In this document: piece after piece, positions 10,697 to 23,960 of the stretch
Numbering within the stretch: the first letter of the stretch is position 1
Layout: each line of letters starts with the position of its first letter
Source: Eledone cirrhosa
Taxonomy: Eukaryota
Assembly (NCBI GenBank): GCA_964016885.1
Contig: OZ024741.1
Span: 413,168,001 to 413,232,000 of the forward strand
Length of the DNA: 64,000 nt
Direction of reading: 5' to 3'
Notes under the pieces: generated by a model
The model's input: only the letters and a program-made list of their open reading frames with translations
Told to the model about the DNA's origin: nothing
The model's database searches: none
Made by a program: the position numbers and the translations under genes

Positions 10697-11320
10697 CGTA
10701 AAATAAGAAAATCTTTTTTAAAAAATGAAAAAAAAAAATGTTTGCTTACTTAAATTTTCACTCCAACTAATTAGTTTCTGCAATGGGATAAAGACAGTTA
10801 CGTAATCTAACTGTCGAGAATTCATTGCGTCATCAGGGAGTCTATTCTCAGCTAAGTCTCCAGGCAATGCGCGGACACTGGCGGCTCATATAAAAATAAT
10901 AATAATTCGGTAGATGGAACAGCTAACGAGGACTGAATTCCATGCACTGAAATCCTCACTGCCTCTAGTCAAATGGCCGATTCTAAAGAATCAATCACGT
11001 GACACAGAGGCTAGTCAGAAGGAATGGGATGGTAAGATGACAGACGCCTACTAACACCCCCCCAAAAAAATTTTTTTAGAAGTGGTTTTGGCAGGTTTGC
11101 TCGACAAATCAGTGATTTGGAGATAAATATAGATAATTTAATATATCAACTAACATAAGCGCACAGATGCACGCCTATGCCAGCAAATACACAGGTTATG
11201 TCATAGTACCTAGGTGGTTCAATGCAGGAGGATGCAGAACAATAATATAAAAGACGTAAAATAAGAAAATCCTTTAAAAAAAATTTTTTTTTAAAATTTT
11301 TACTTACTTACTTAAATTTA
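10691..11320 (-). mobile_element. Family E HHR element, ~558-nt monomer plus ~70-nt direct terminal repeat
   Basis: AAAAGACGTAAAATAAGAAAATC at 10691 and 11249; TA-flanked. Confidence 0.75.
10761..10840 (-). ncRNA. Type I hammerhead ribozyme (family E)
   Basis: ctcc CTGATGA c-gcaatg..gacagtta-gattacg-taactgtc..cattgc-a GAAA ctaatta GTT ggag. Confidence 0.8.
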
Positions 11321-11337
11321 TATATATATATATATAT

Positions 11338-11515
11338 GCAGAGGTTATATTTAATATATATTTTTTCCGGGTATGTCAATATTTATTTATAAAACAAATC
11401 TGTATTTTATCTGATGAAAGCGCACCACAATTTGCCTTGGTTGCCCTTAAAATATATATAATAAAATAAATATGGTTTTATAAATATAGTTTCCATTTAT
11501 TAATATATTGTCTAT
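11338..11515 (+). mobile_element. Family F element with HHR at 11403-11468 (GAAA mutated to AAAA)
   Basis: tattttat CTGATGA aag..ctt AAAA tatat ATA ataaaata; homologous to 32981-33040. Confidence 0.65.
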
Positions 11516-11681
11516 ATATATATATATATATATTCTATTATTCGCATTAGTTATCTGCAGTTATTACATAACTTGGTGCTGGAAACACTTCCTCAGCAGG
11601 TGAGCGCCTTCCATGAATGGAAAAGTTTGTTTAAATCACTCCTACAAGTCTATTTGCTGCCCTTACAAGTGTAGCAGTTTC

Positions 11682-13005
<1,324 letters not shown>

Positions 13006-13006
13006 T

Positions 13007-13209
13007 AACAAAGGAATTGTGGTAAGGAACCAAATGGACCATAATGCACCAGAGTATTCAATACTCAGTGTAGTAGAGTAGGAAATAGGAAAAAGTATGA
13101 CCCCGACGGCAGAGCTCAAGCCGTTTCGACGGCTATTTCTGGATTCAGAGTCCAGAAATAGCCGTCGAAACGGCTTGAGCTCTGCCGTCGGGGTCATACC
13201 TTTTCCTAT
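13007..13209 (-). mobile_element. Family D short fold-back copy (tail + ~124-bp palindrome)
   Basis: Palindrome centred near 13147; same two termini as the other D copies. Confidence 0.88.
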
Positions 13210-14249
13210 ATATATATATGTATAAAGTTTTCAGTTCCAGTCATGACAAACCAATAGTTTGGTTGTTCAGTCAAGACAGTCAGAACCTCTACCAAAGCAT
13301 GTGTGAACAAGTGCCTCTGGCCACTGGGCAGTAAATTAATGTCAGTATTTTCTCTGCGACCCTGCCAAAATTAGTGATATATGTGTAGAGAGAAACATAC
13401 AGCACACAGACACAATAAAGAAATATATTGTTAGCTGGTAACAACTACAGTAACACAACAATAATGTGGGAGAGGATAGCAATGTGAAATTATGAAGCTA
13501 AGATAAGTCTAAGAGAATAGAAATAGACTGTAATTTGAAATCAGAGTCACTCAAGGTAGAGCTGTTATTTCTCCAAATTAAGAGATCACAGCTCCGATAT
13601 TATGGGTATGGGGTTAAAATGTCTTACGAAAGAATCGCTGGACAGCGATTCTTATAGGCAAAACCAATTGGCAGGAGACCCAGGGTAGACCCCGAGCTAG
13701 ACGGTTGGATAATATCCAAGAGCTTGGTTGGTATCACTTGGGGATCCAGTCAGAGCAGTAGTAGCTGGTTGCTTTTGACAGGACCCTCTGGAAGGAGTGT
13801 TTGAGGACTCTGCCCCACGAACCTCTGAAAGGAGTGTTTAAGGTCTCTTCCCCCATGACCCTCTCAGGAATAAGTGGGAGAAGAAGAAGGAGGTCTGAAA
13901 CTCATGGATTCAAAAGGACCATTATGTCAAGAGAAGAGGCAGGGCAGGCCAAAAGTGAGATGAGATTTGGTGGGAGACAGAGGGATTTCTACCAGTTACT
14001 CTAATACATGTTCCAGCTGAATGACTGAGGCCATGCTGGGGCACTGACATTTGTTAGAGAGATTCCATTTGTTTGTCCATTTCATTGTATTTCATTGGTA
14101 AATTCTAATAAATGGAATTATACCATTGATATTATTGAAGCAAAGAAAATACAATTGTTCTGCCAGGGACGTTAGTAAAGTAATTTGCTGGCTGTGGGCG
14201 GGAGCACATGTCTTTAATACATCATGAAAATGATATTAATAATAATAAA

Positions 14250-14572
14250 GATTTCTACCATAGGCACTAGACCAGCAATTTTGGGGAGGGGAAAGTTGAT
14301 TAAATGAACCCCAGTGTGTTACTGGTACTTTATTTTATCAACCCCGTAAGGATGAAAGACAAAGCTAACCTCAGCGTGATTTGAACTCAGAACATAAAGA
14401 ACCATAACTCTATGCCACAAAGCATGTTGTCCAACGCTCTACCGATTCTGCTAATCCACTGACCTTAGTGCCTCTATAATTGTTTCTACTTTTGGCACAA
14501 GGCCAGCAATTATCCCAGTGTATTACTGGTGCTTTATTTTATCGACCCCGTAAGAATAAAAGGCAAAGTTAA
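14250..14572 (-). mobile_element. tRNA-derived SINE plus partial second copy
   Basis: Shared block TACTGGTACTTTATTTTATC.ACCCCGTAAGGATGAAAG.CAAAG and B-box-like GAGTTCAAATC on the minus strand; same family at 30575 and 34657. Confidence 0.75.
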
Positions 14573-14657
14573 TGCCTCTATAATGAAAATTCAACACAAC
14601 CCTTTAATACATCCCTGAGTACTAAGTTTCGCTTCCTTCCTAATTATATGAACTAAC

Positions 14658-16876
14658 ATGATGTTGCTGCACAGTCTGTGATGTTGCTGCACAGTCTGTG
14701 ATGTTGATGTGCAGTCTGTGATGTTGATGTGCAGTCTGTGATGTTGATGTGCAGTCTGTGATGTTGCTGCACAGTCTGTGATGTTGATGTGCAGTGTGTG
14801 ATGTTGATGTGCAGTGTGTGATGTTGCTGCACAGTCTGTGATATTGCTGCACAGTCTGTGATGTTGCTGCACAGTCTGTGATGTTGATGTGCAGTATGTG
14901 ATGTTGCTGCACAGTCTGTGATGTTGCTGCACAGTCTGTGATGTTGCTGTGCAGTGTGTGATGTTGATGTGCAGTGTGTGATGTTGATGTGCCGTCTGTG
15001 ATGTTGCTGCACAGTCTGTGATGTTGCTGCACAGTCTGTGATATTGATGTGCAGTTGGTGATGTTGCTGCACAGTCTGTGATGTTGCTGCACAGTCTGTG
15101 ATGTTGCTGCACAGTCTGTGATGTTACTGCACAGTCTGTGATGTTGATGTGCAGTATGTGATGTTGCTGCACAGTCTGTGATGTTGCTGCACAGTCTGTG
15201 ATGTTGCTGCACAGTCTGTGATGTTGATGTGCAGTTGGTGATGTTGCTGCACAGTCTGTGATATTGCTGCACAGTCTGTGATGTTGCTGCACAGTCTGTG
15301 ATGTTGCTGCACAGTATGTGATGTTGATGTGCAGTATGTGATGTTGCTGCACAGTCTGTGATGTTGCTGCACAGTCTGTGATGTTGATGTGCAGTCTGTG
15401 ATGTTGCTGCACAGTCTGTGATGTTGATCTGCAGTTGGTCATGTTGCTGCACAGTCTGTGATGTTGCTGCACAGTATGTGATGTTGATGTGCAGTATGTG
15501 ATGTTGCTGCACAGTCTGTGATGTTGATGTACAGTTGGTGATGTTGCTGCACAGTCTGTGATGTTGCTGCACAGTCTGTGATGTTGATGTGCAGTTGGTG
15601 ATGTTGATGTGCAGTTGGTGATGTTGATGTGCAGTTGGTGATGTTGATGTGCAGTCTGTGATGTTTATGCACAGTCTGTGATGTTGATGTGCAGTTGGTG
15701 ATGTTGATGTGCAGTATGTGATGTTGATGTGCAGTTGGTAATGTTGCTGCACAGTCTGTGATGTTGCTGCACAGTCTGTGATGTTGATGTGCAGTTGGTG
15801 ATGTTGATGTGCAGTTGGTGATGTTTATGTGCAGTCTGTCATGTTGATGTGCCGTCTGTGATGTTGATGTGCAGTCTGTGATGTTGATGTGCAGTGTGTG
15901 ATGTTGATGTGCAGTGTGTGATGTTGATGTGCAGTCTGTGATGTTGATGTGCAGTCTGTGATGTTGATGTGCAGTCTGTGATGTTGATGTGCAGTCTGTG
16001 ATGTTGATGTGCAGTTGGTGGTGTTGATGTGCAGTCTGTGATGTTGATGTGCAGTCTGTGATGTTTCTGCGCGTCTGTGATGTTGATGTGCAGTCTGTGA
16101 TGTTGATGTTCAGTGTGTGATGTTGATGTGCAGTCTGTGATGTTTCTGCGCGTCTGTGATGTTGATGTGCAGTCTGTGATGTTGATGTTCAGTGTGTGAT
16201 GTTGATGTGCAGTGTGTGATGTTGATGTGCCGTCTGTGGTGTTGATGTGCAGTCTGTGATGTTTCTGCACACTCTGTGATGTTGATGTGCAGTCTGTGAT
16301 GTTGATGTGCAGTGTGTGATGTTGATGTGCAGTGTGTGATGTTGATGTGCAGTTGGTGATGTTGCTGTGCAGTGTGTGATGTTGATGTGCAGTGTGTGAT
16401 GTTGATGTACAGTGTGTGATGTTGATGTGCCGTCTGTGATGTTGATGTGCAGTGTGTGATGGTGATGTGCAGTCTGTGATGTTGATGTGCAGTCTGTGAT
16501 GTTGATGTGCAGTCTGTGATGTTGATGTGCAGTCTGTGATGTTTATGTGCCGTCTGTGATGTTGATGTGCAGTGTGTGATGTTGATGTGCAGTGTGTGAT
16601 GTTGATGTGCAGTGTGTGATGTTGATGTGCAGTCTGTGATGTTGATGTGCAGTGTGTGATGTTGATGTGCAGTCTGTGATGTTGATGTGCAGTGTGTGAT
16701 GTTGATGTGCAGTGTGTCATGTTGATGTGCAGTGTGTGATGTTGATGTGCAGTGTGTGATGTTGATGTGCAGTCTGTGATGTTGATGTGCAGTGTGTGAT
16801 GTTGATGTGCAGTCTGTGATGTTGATGTGCAGTGTGTGATGTTGATGTGCAGTCTGTGATGTTGCTGCACAGTCTG
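14658..16876. repeat. 20-bp minisatellite, ~110 copies, two main variants (GATGTTGCTGCACAGTCTGT / GATGTTGATGTGCAGTCTGT)
   Basis: Exact 20-bp phase across lines. Confidence 0.97.
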
Positions 16877-16979
16877 CAACTTGCGGAGTTTAGCGTCAAA
16901 AGATGAATATGTATCTAATATTCCAACATCCACAACAAAAACCAGTAGCAGAAGATTTCTTCACCTACATACCAGATGT

Positions 16980-17189
16980 GGCTGTTGTTGTTATTGTTTT
17001 TGTTACTGTTGTTGTTGTTACTGTTGGTGTTGTTACTGTTGTTGTTATTATTGTTGTTGTTGTTGTTGTTATTGTTGTTGCAGTTATTGCTGTGTTTTTC
17101 TTTTCAATTTGCTGATTTAACAATTCTGTCAACACCCTTGATTTATATACATATATATATATATGTATATATATGTGTGTGTGTGTGTG

Positions 17190-17222
<33 letters not shown>

Positions 17223-17332
17223 GTGTGTGTATATATATGTGTGTGTGTGTATATGTATGTGTGTGTGTATATATATGTGTGTGTGTATATATATATATGT
17301 GTGTCTGTATATATATATATATATATATATAT
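16980..17332. repeat. (GTT)n then TA/TG microsatellites
   Basis: Direct reading. Confidence 0.9.
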
Positions 17333-17508
17333 AAATCTCACCATGCGGTGCCAACTACCACCTTCCCCCATATACTCTGATACCATCCCCCACCACCACA
17401 ACACTCCCTCTCGTCATCCCGACCCCCACCAACAACAGAATTATTCATTAACTGATCTAAAATGTTTCATTTTAGTTTTTAATTCATGAGTCAACATGAT
17501 AATAACAA

Positions 17509-18288
17509 TGGTGATGGTGGTGGTAGTGGTGGTGGTGGTGGTAGTGTGGTGGTGGTGGTGGTGGTGGTGGTGGTGGTGGTGGTGGTGGTGCGGTGGTGTT
17601 GGTGGTGGTAGTGTGGTGGTGGTGGTGGTGGTGGTGGTGGTGGTGGTGGTGGTGGTAGTGTGGTGGTGGTGGTGGTGGTGGTGGTGGTGGTGGTGGTGGT
17701 GGTGGTAGTGTGGTGGTGGTGTGGTGGTGGTGGTGGTGGTGCGGTGGTGGTGGTGGTGGTAGTGTGGTGGTGGTGGTGGTGGTGGTGGTGGTGGTGGTGG
17801 TGGTGCGGTGGTGGTGGTGGTGGTAGTGTGGTGGTGGTGGTGGTGGTGGTGGTGGTGGTGCGGTGGTGGTGGTGGTGGTAGTGTGGTGGTGGTGGTGGTG
17901 GTGGTGCGGTGGTGGTGGTGGTAAGGTGGTGGTGGTGGTGGTGGTGGTGGTGGTGGTGGTGGTGGTGGTAGTGGTGGTGGTGGTTGTGGTGGTGGTGGTG
18001 GTGGTGGTGGTAGTGGTGGTGGTGGTGGTGGTGCGGTGGTGGTGGTGGTGGTGGTGTCGTAGTGGTGGTGGTGGTGGTGGTGGTAGTGGTGGTAGTGGTA
18101 GTGGTGGTGGTGGTGGTGTGGTGGTGGTGGTAGTGGTGGTGCGGTGGTGGTGGTGTGGTGGTGGTGGTAGTGGTGGTACGGTGGTGGTGGTGGTGGTGGT
18201 GGTGCGGTGGTACGGTGGTGGTGGTGGTGGTGGTGGTGGTGGTGGTGGTGCGGTGGTATGGTGGTGGTGGTGGTGTGGTGGTGGTGGC
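17509..18288. repeat. (GGT)n trinucleotide tract
   Basis: Direct reading. Confidence 0.97.
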
Positions 18289-18619
18289 CAGGTGTAGTGG
18301 GAGGATTAGCAATAACAGTTGTAGTTGGACTGTATTTGTTTATGAAGCTGTGGTACTGACACATATATAATAGAAAAAACAATTGAAGACAAACATACAT
18401 ATGTACACACACACACGCACGTTTGTGTGTGTGTGTAAGTGTGTGTGTGTAAGTGTGTGTTTGTGAGTGTGTGTGCACGTGCATGTTTTAAATATTCAGG
18501 TTTTCATAATTATAAAAAAGTATGGCCAATGAAAGAAAATAAACAACGAGAGAGAGAGTGAGAGAGAGAGAGTGAGAGAGAGTGAGTGAGAGAGAGTGAG
18601 AGAGAGAGAGATTAAGAAG

Positions 18620-19056
18620 TTTGCAATGATTAAGTCCCAGGTTCAATCCCACTGTCTGCCACTTGGGCAAGTGGTATCTACTCTAGACTTGGGTTAATTC
18701 AAGTATTGACAGAGACTCTTATCCCATTAGACTTTCTCTACTTGGGATTCAATAGCCTGTTCTTGTCACACAGTTATGCTGAATCTCCCTGAAAATTACA
18801 TTAAGGATGTACATGTCTGGAATGTTCAGCCTCTTCTCAGGAAGATTTAGTATGACCCATTGTGAGACAAGACTGGCCCCTTGAATTCCAGTCCATTTGA
18901 CAGGCTTCCAAACTGTCTCCATCTCCACAATTTCACTCACACAAGTTTGGGTCGACTCAGAGCTATGGTAAATGACATTTGTCCAAGATTCCATACAGCA
19001 GTGTTGAACACGGGATCTTAAAATTGTGAACAAAACTTCTTAACCATTTAGCCATG
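18620..19056. mobile_element. Cluster of decayed SINE fragments
   Basis: GGTTCAATCCC..CTTGGGCAAGT (+); CTGAATCTCCCTGA block shared with ~25428; SINE head-like end TTAACCATTTAGCCATG (-). Confidence 0.5.
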
Positions 19057-19875
19057 TTGTGTCCACATCAATTTCATTAATAAATCCATTTACTATCTGT
19101 AGCAGTGTTTCCAATTGTTCATCATCTGCAGTGTATAGCTTGAGGTGATCTATAAATAAAAGATGGTTTATTGCTCTCTAATAGCATTTGTATCTGAATA
19201 CAGTTCAATTTAAGATGATAGTAAACCTATTGATAGCAAATCACTTGAAATTACTCCTGGTTTTATAATACATAGGTAGTGTCTTTCTTTAAAAATATGG
19301 TAATGGAAGGGTTAAAGGGTTTAGAACCTATGAGAAAAGTAGCAGAGACTGGAACTCTCCTGGAAATATTCCTCTTCAAATAGAGATGGCATTAAATTTT
19401 CAAATTTATTTTTATAAAATATTTTAGGCTTAAGTATTCAGTAAGAATGTGTGTTGGTGTGTGTGTGTGTGTGTTGGCGTGTATGTGTGTATGTGTGTGT
19501 GTGTGTGAAATAAAAGGAAATTTACAGCTCCCACCTGTGTAGGTTTTGTGGGGCATCTTATAGGAGGTTTCTAAAGTGTTTTAATGGTAAGGGCCTCAGT
19601 TCATGGAATACAACATAGAAGGAAGTGTCTTGTTTAAGAACTCAACATGCCACACATTATTGTGAGTCCAACACCCTAGCCCGTAGGGTTAGGGTGTTGG
19701 ACTCACAATGACTTTCTGTGTATTTATGCCTGTGTGTGTGTGTATGTGTGTTTATGTATAGGTGTGTATGTATGTGTGTGTGAACTAGCATAGCTAAATG
19801 GTCATGAAATCAGCTTAGTAATCGTTATGTTGATGGTTTGATCCAACTGTGAGAGTTACATTATCTGCAGGTTGA

Positions 19876-19997
19876 CCAGTGCTGGACTTACCTAAAAGCT
19901 ATAACTTAGGGCTACACACCCTTGGGGGCCTCAGTGTAGCCAGTGCTGGACTTATCTATAAGCTATAACTTAGGGTCACATACCCTTGGGGGCCTCA
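19876..19997. repeat. ~64-bp tandem duplication
   Basis: CCAGTGCTGGACTTA...CCCTTGGGGGCCTCA occurs twice. Confidence 0.85.
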
Positions 19998-20059
19998 TTT
20001 TCTAAAATATATTTGTATTGTATCATTAGTTTTTATTCTTTAAAAATTATATATATATA

Positions 20060-21336
20060 CAGGGTGGAGCTTAAAAACTGTTACAAAATAAAATGCAAGT
20101 AGTTCTTGAAAAAAACATTTATTTCAAGATCCGACTTCAACAAATAGTAAGTAATATACTATTAAACAACTGCACAAAAATTTATTCGAAATGCTTTCCT
20201 CTAGCTCTCACTACTGCTCGAAGACTTCTAGGAAAGTCTTCGATGGCTGCACGAACAGTTTCCATGGGTATTTTCTCCCATACTTTATTCAGTTTTGATT
20301 TTAGAGTTTCAATATTTTGGCTAGAAGTAGAGCAGGCTTCACTCTCAAGAATTGACCATAAAGAAAAATCGAGAGGGTTGAGATCTGGTGATGTGGGAGG
20401 CCACTCTTCCTTACTGATCCATGCAGGACAATGGTTTCTACACCACTGTTGTGTTATGTGAGCAGTGTGGCTCGTCACTCCATCTTGTTGGAGAGTCCAA
20501 ATGTCATCGTCATAAACAGATGTGCACCATGGCATCAGTGCTCCTTCCAGAATATCCTTTATTGTTAATTTTAACTCCTTGAGGCACAAAAATCAGAGGA
20601 GACTTCCCTCTTTCAGAAATGGCTGCCCAAAACATCACTGATGCTGGTTTCTGTGTTCTGAACACTTTTCCTACACTTGAAGGAATTGATTTGAGACTTT
20701 TTGCAAGTACTCCATCATTTTGACGATTGTGAAACTGCTGCACAGTGAATAACTTCTCATCTGTAAAGATGATGTTTTGCAGCGTGCCATCCTTGATACG
20801 GTTCAATAACTTCTGGAGAGCCTCTTTTCAATTGTGGCTGCAGAAAGAAGTTGCCTCTTTTGGAACTTATAGGGTGACATCCCCAGATCATCTCGACATA
20901 TCCTCCGCATAGTTTTCGGCGAAGTTTCTGCTTCTTCTGCCATTTTTCTCGTGGACCTTCTTGGATTTCGCCTTATTTTTTCCCTCACACTTTTAACGAG
21001 TTTTTGTGTTCTTGAAGTGCGAGGGCATCCGGGTTGAGGTCTGTCTTTGGTCGAGGAAGTTTCCTTAAATCGATCGATTGATCAACATTCTATTGATCTT
21101 AAGAGTTTTCCCCAGTTTAAATATCTCAGGTGGAGTCAGGCCTTTTTCATGCTTCTCTATTATGAACTTTCTTTTCAATTCTATGGACATTGCAATTTGT
21201 TAATGGAGTAATGTTCTGAAAAATAGTTAATATAGTTATAGTGCATGGATCTGATACAAATATATTAGTTATATTAGCAACATAATGTATTTTTAAAAGA
21301 TTTAAAACTTTGTAACATGAATTATGCCCCACCCTG
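20060..21336 (-). mobile_element. Tc1/mariner transposon, DD37D (maT) family, full length but decayed
   Basis: Imperfect ~28-bp TIRs CAGGGTGG.GC.TAA....TGTTACAAA with TA on both sides; internal transposase. Confidence 0.93.
20182..21190 (-). pseudogene. DD37D transposase pseudogene (frameshifts and stops)
   Basis: MSIELKRKF.. start, HTH region RRNPRRS.RKMA, IIFTDEKLF, QQDG, WPPTSPDLNPLD; 37 residues counted between the 2nd and 3rd Asp; split over several ORFs. Confidence 0.92.
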
Positions 21337-21381
21337 TATATATATATTGTATATACATATATATATATATATTGTATATAC

Positions 21382-21820
21382 ATCATCATCATCATCGTTT
21401 AACGTCCATCTTCCACAGTTGCATGGGTTTGGACGGGAATTTTCCCATTTGAGGCAAGATTGGTTGTCTTGCTCGTATAGGACTGTCTGGCGGGTTTTCT
21501 ACGGCTGGATATTCTTCCTAACACCAACCACGTTTACAGTGTGGACTGGGAGGTTTTTACCGTGTTACCTACACGGCCACATTACAGTGGGGACTGTGTT
21601 TTTTTGCCGTGACACCTACACGACCTCATTTGTTTCGGACTGGATGTTGTGGTACCAACATAACTTTACATTGAAAGGGGTGGTGTGGATGGGGTGGGGG
21701 TAGTGGGGCAGGGGGTGTTTTTGTTAGAGGTGCCTACTGACTGTAGGTTTCGCTTTGTACTTAGGCAAGGCGGGTCTTCTGTATTACTGTGTAGCGCCAA
21801 AGATCTCGGTTCAGTGACAT
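21382..21820 (-). mobile_element. SINE-like element with RTE-type 3' tail ending (GAT)n
   Basis: Ends GGACGTTAAACGATGATGATG; homologous to 33215-33608. Confidence 0.75.
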
Positions 21821-21846
21821 TTATATATATATATATATATATATAT

Positions 21847-21980
21847 AATGAAGGAAATGTGGTAAGGAACCAGGTGGACCATAACACACCAAAGTACTCA
21901 ATACTTAGGGTAGTAGAGTGGGTAATAGGAACGAGTAGGACCCCGACGGCTGAGCTCAAGCCGTCGGGGTCCTGCTCGTT

Positions 21981-21985
<5 letters not shown>
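21847..21985 (-). mobile_element. Family D shortest fold-back copy
   Basis: Tail plus 60-bp palindrome turning inside the stem III hairpin (GGCTGAGCTCAAGCC). Confidence 0.88.
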
Positions 21986-22014
<29 letters not shown>

Positions 22015-22034
22015 ATATACATATATATATATAT

Positions 22035-22123
<89 letters not shown>

Positions 22124-22124
22124 C

Positions 22125-22166
<42 letters not shown>

Positions 22167-22168
<2 letters not shown>

Positions 22169-23212
22169 TCATCATCATCATCATCATCATCATTTTACGC
22201 CCGCTTTTCCCTGCTTGCACAACATCTCTCCACTTGTCACGGTCCTTCGTCATCTCCACTGTGAGCTTCAGCGATGTGATGTCTGTTCTCACCACCTCTG
22301 CCCATGTTTTTCGTGGTCTACCTCTACCACGTCTTCCCTCAACTGTCATTTCCTGGCACTTCTTCACCCATCGGTCATCCTCCATGCGCATCACATGTCC
22401 ATACCACCTCTGTCTCCTCTCTCGCACACTACATTCTATCCCATTCAGACACAGTTTCTCTCTCAACACATTCATGCTGGGTCATTCACACACATTTACA
22501 TTGCACATCCAACGGAGCATGCTTGCCTCATTTCTCTCCAGCCGTCGCATATCCTCTTAAGTTGCTGCCCATGTCTCACTACCATGCAGCATCGCACTCC
22601 TCACACAGGCATCATATAACCGGCCTTTCGTACGCAGGGAGAAACCCTTCTTCGTCAGCAGAGGAAGCAGCTCCCTAAACTTCTTCCAACCCGTCCTTAT
22701 TCTAGATACTATGGCCTCGGAACAGCCCCCCTCCCATGCTAATCTAATCTCCTAGGTACCGGAAGCTATCCACCACTTCTATAACAGCCGCTTGCACTTG
22801 AAAAATGTGTCTATCAATGCGACTACTGTCTAATTTCCCTGTACATCTACTGCATACATATTTCTCCCTACCTTTTAGTTTGCCTGCTATCCCGCTACAT
22901 CTCTTGTGTACCCAGGATCTGCATTATGTGCATTTTATAGAATTTATGCCAGTTCCTTTTCTGCATATCGAACAATGCCATTTCCCTGACGGAATCAGAG
23001 TTTTGTCCTCTTTTCTACTCATGAACACTTTTGTCTTAACTAGGTTCTCTCTCAGTCCTCTTGCTTCCAATTGGTGTTTCCATAGCCAGAATTTATTCTC
23101 TAGCTCCGCTACTGATTCTGCTATAAGAACCAGATCGTCAGTATAGAGAATTTCCCATGGGCAGCCAGTCTTAAACTCCTCTATTATGGTTTGGAGGACT
23201 ATAATGAACAAT
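22167..23212 (-). mobile_element. 5'-truncated RTE-clade LINE (decayed RT C-terminus)
   Basis: [47 protein letters not shown]; very short 3' UTR and (GAT)n tail. Confidence 0.92.
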
Positions 23213-23230
23213 CTATATATATATATATAT

Positions 23231-23427
23231 AACGAAGGAAATGTGGTAAGGAACCAGGTGGACCATAACGCACCAAAGTACTCAATACTTGAGGTAGTAG
23301 AGTGGGTAATAGGAACCAGTAAGACCCCGACAGCTGAGCTCAAGCCGTTTCGACGGCTAATTCTGGAGTCCAGAATTAGCCGTCGAAACGGCTTGAGCTC
23401 AGCTGTCGGGGTCTTACTGGTTCCTAT
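23231..23427 (-). mobile_element. Family D short fold-back copy
   Basis: Tail plus palindrome centred on CTGGA-G-TCCAG (~23368). Confidence 0.9.
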
Positions 23428-23448
23428 ATATATATATATATATATATA

Positions 23449-23707
23449 TAAAGAATTAGTACATCTACCAACATATATATACAGATGCATACCTATGCTA
23501 GCAAATATATAGGTTTTGTCTTAGTAACTTTGTGGTTCAATACAAGGGGATGTCAGGTATCTTAGCTGAGAACATACTTCCTGATGACGAAACGGCTTCT
23601 CCATGCTTTCCATTTGGAAACCATGTTTATTCCCTTTCAGAAACTAATTAGTTGGAGTGAAATTTTAGTAAGTAAGTTAAATTTTATAATTTTCTTATTT
23701 TACGTCA

Positions 23708-23710
<3 letters not shown>
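23449..23710 (+). mobile_element. Diverged family E copy with inverted 5' segment; HHR at 23577-23657
   Basis: cttc CTGATGA c-gaaa..tttc-a GAAA ctaatta GTT ggag. 23481-23552 resembles ~11163-11234 in the same genomic orientation while the HHR is in the opposite one. Confidence 0.75.
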
Positions 23711-23756
<46 letters not shown>

Positions 23757-23761
<5 letters not shown>

Positions 23762-23946
23762 AACCAGTAAGACCCCGACAGCTGAGCTCAAGCCGTTTCG
23801 ACGGCTAATTCCAGAATTAGCCGTCGAAACGGCTTGAGCTCAGCTGTCGGGGTCTTACTGGTTCCTATTACCCACTCTACTACCTCAAGTATTGAGTACT
23901 TTGGTGCGTTATGGTCCACCTGGTTCCTTACCACACTTCCTTCGTT
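23757..23946 (+). mobile_element. Family D short fold-back copy
   Basis: Palindrome centred near 23812 plus 79-nt tail; same variants as the 23231 copy. Confidence 0.9.
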
Positions 23947-23960
23947 ATATATATATATAT

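Noticed and set aside
13220-14240. Complex ~1-kb stretch as an LTR or exon
   Set aside because: No recognisable motif, second copy, or credible ORF; left unannotated.
14591-18484. Long His/Thr/Gln/Pro-rich ORFs
   Set aside because: Open in several frames because the underlying 20-bp and GGT repeats lack stops.
21666-23490. 269-aa, 291-aa and 188-aa ORFs as genes
   Set aside because: Chimeras of RTE fragments, (TA)n and family D palindromes.
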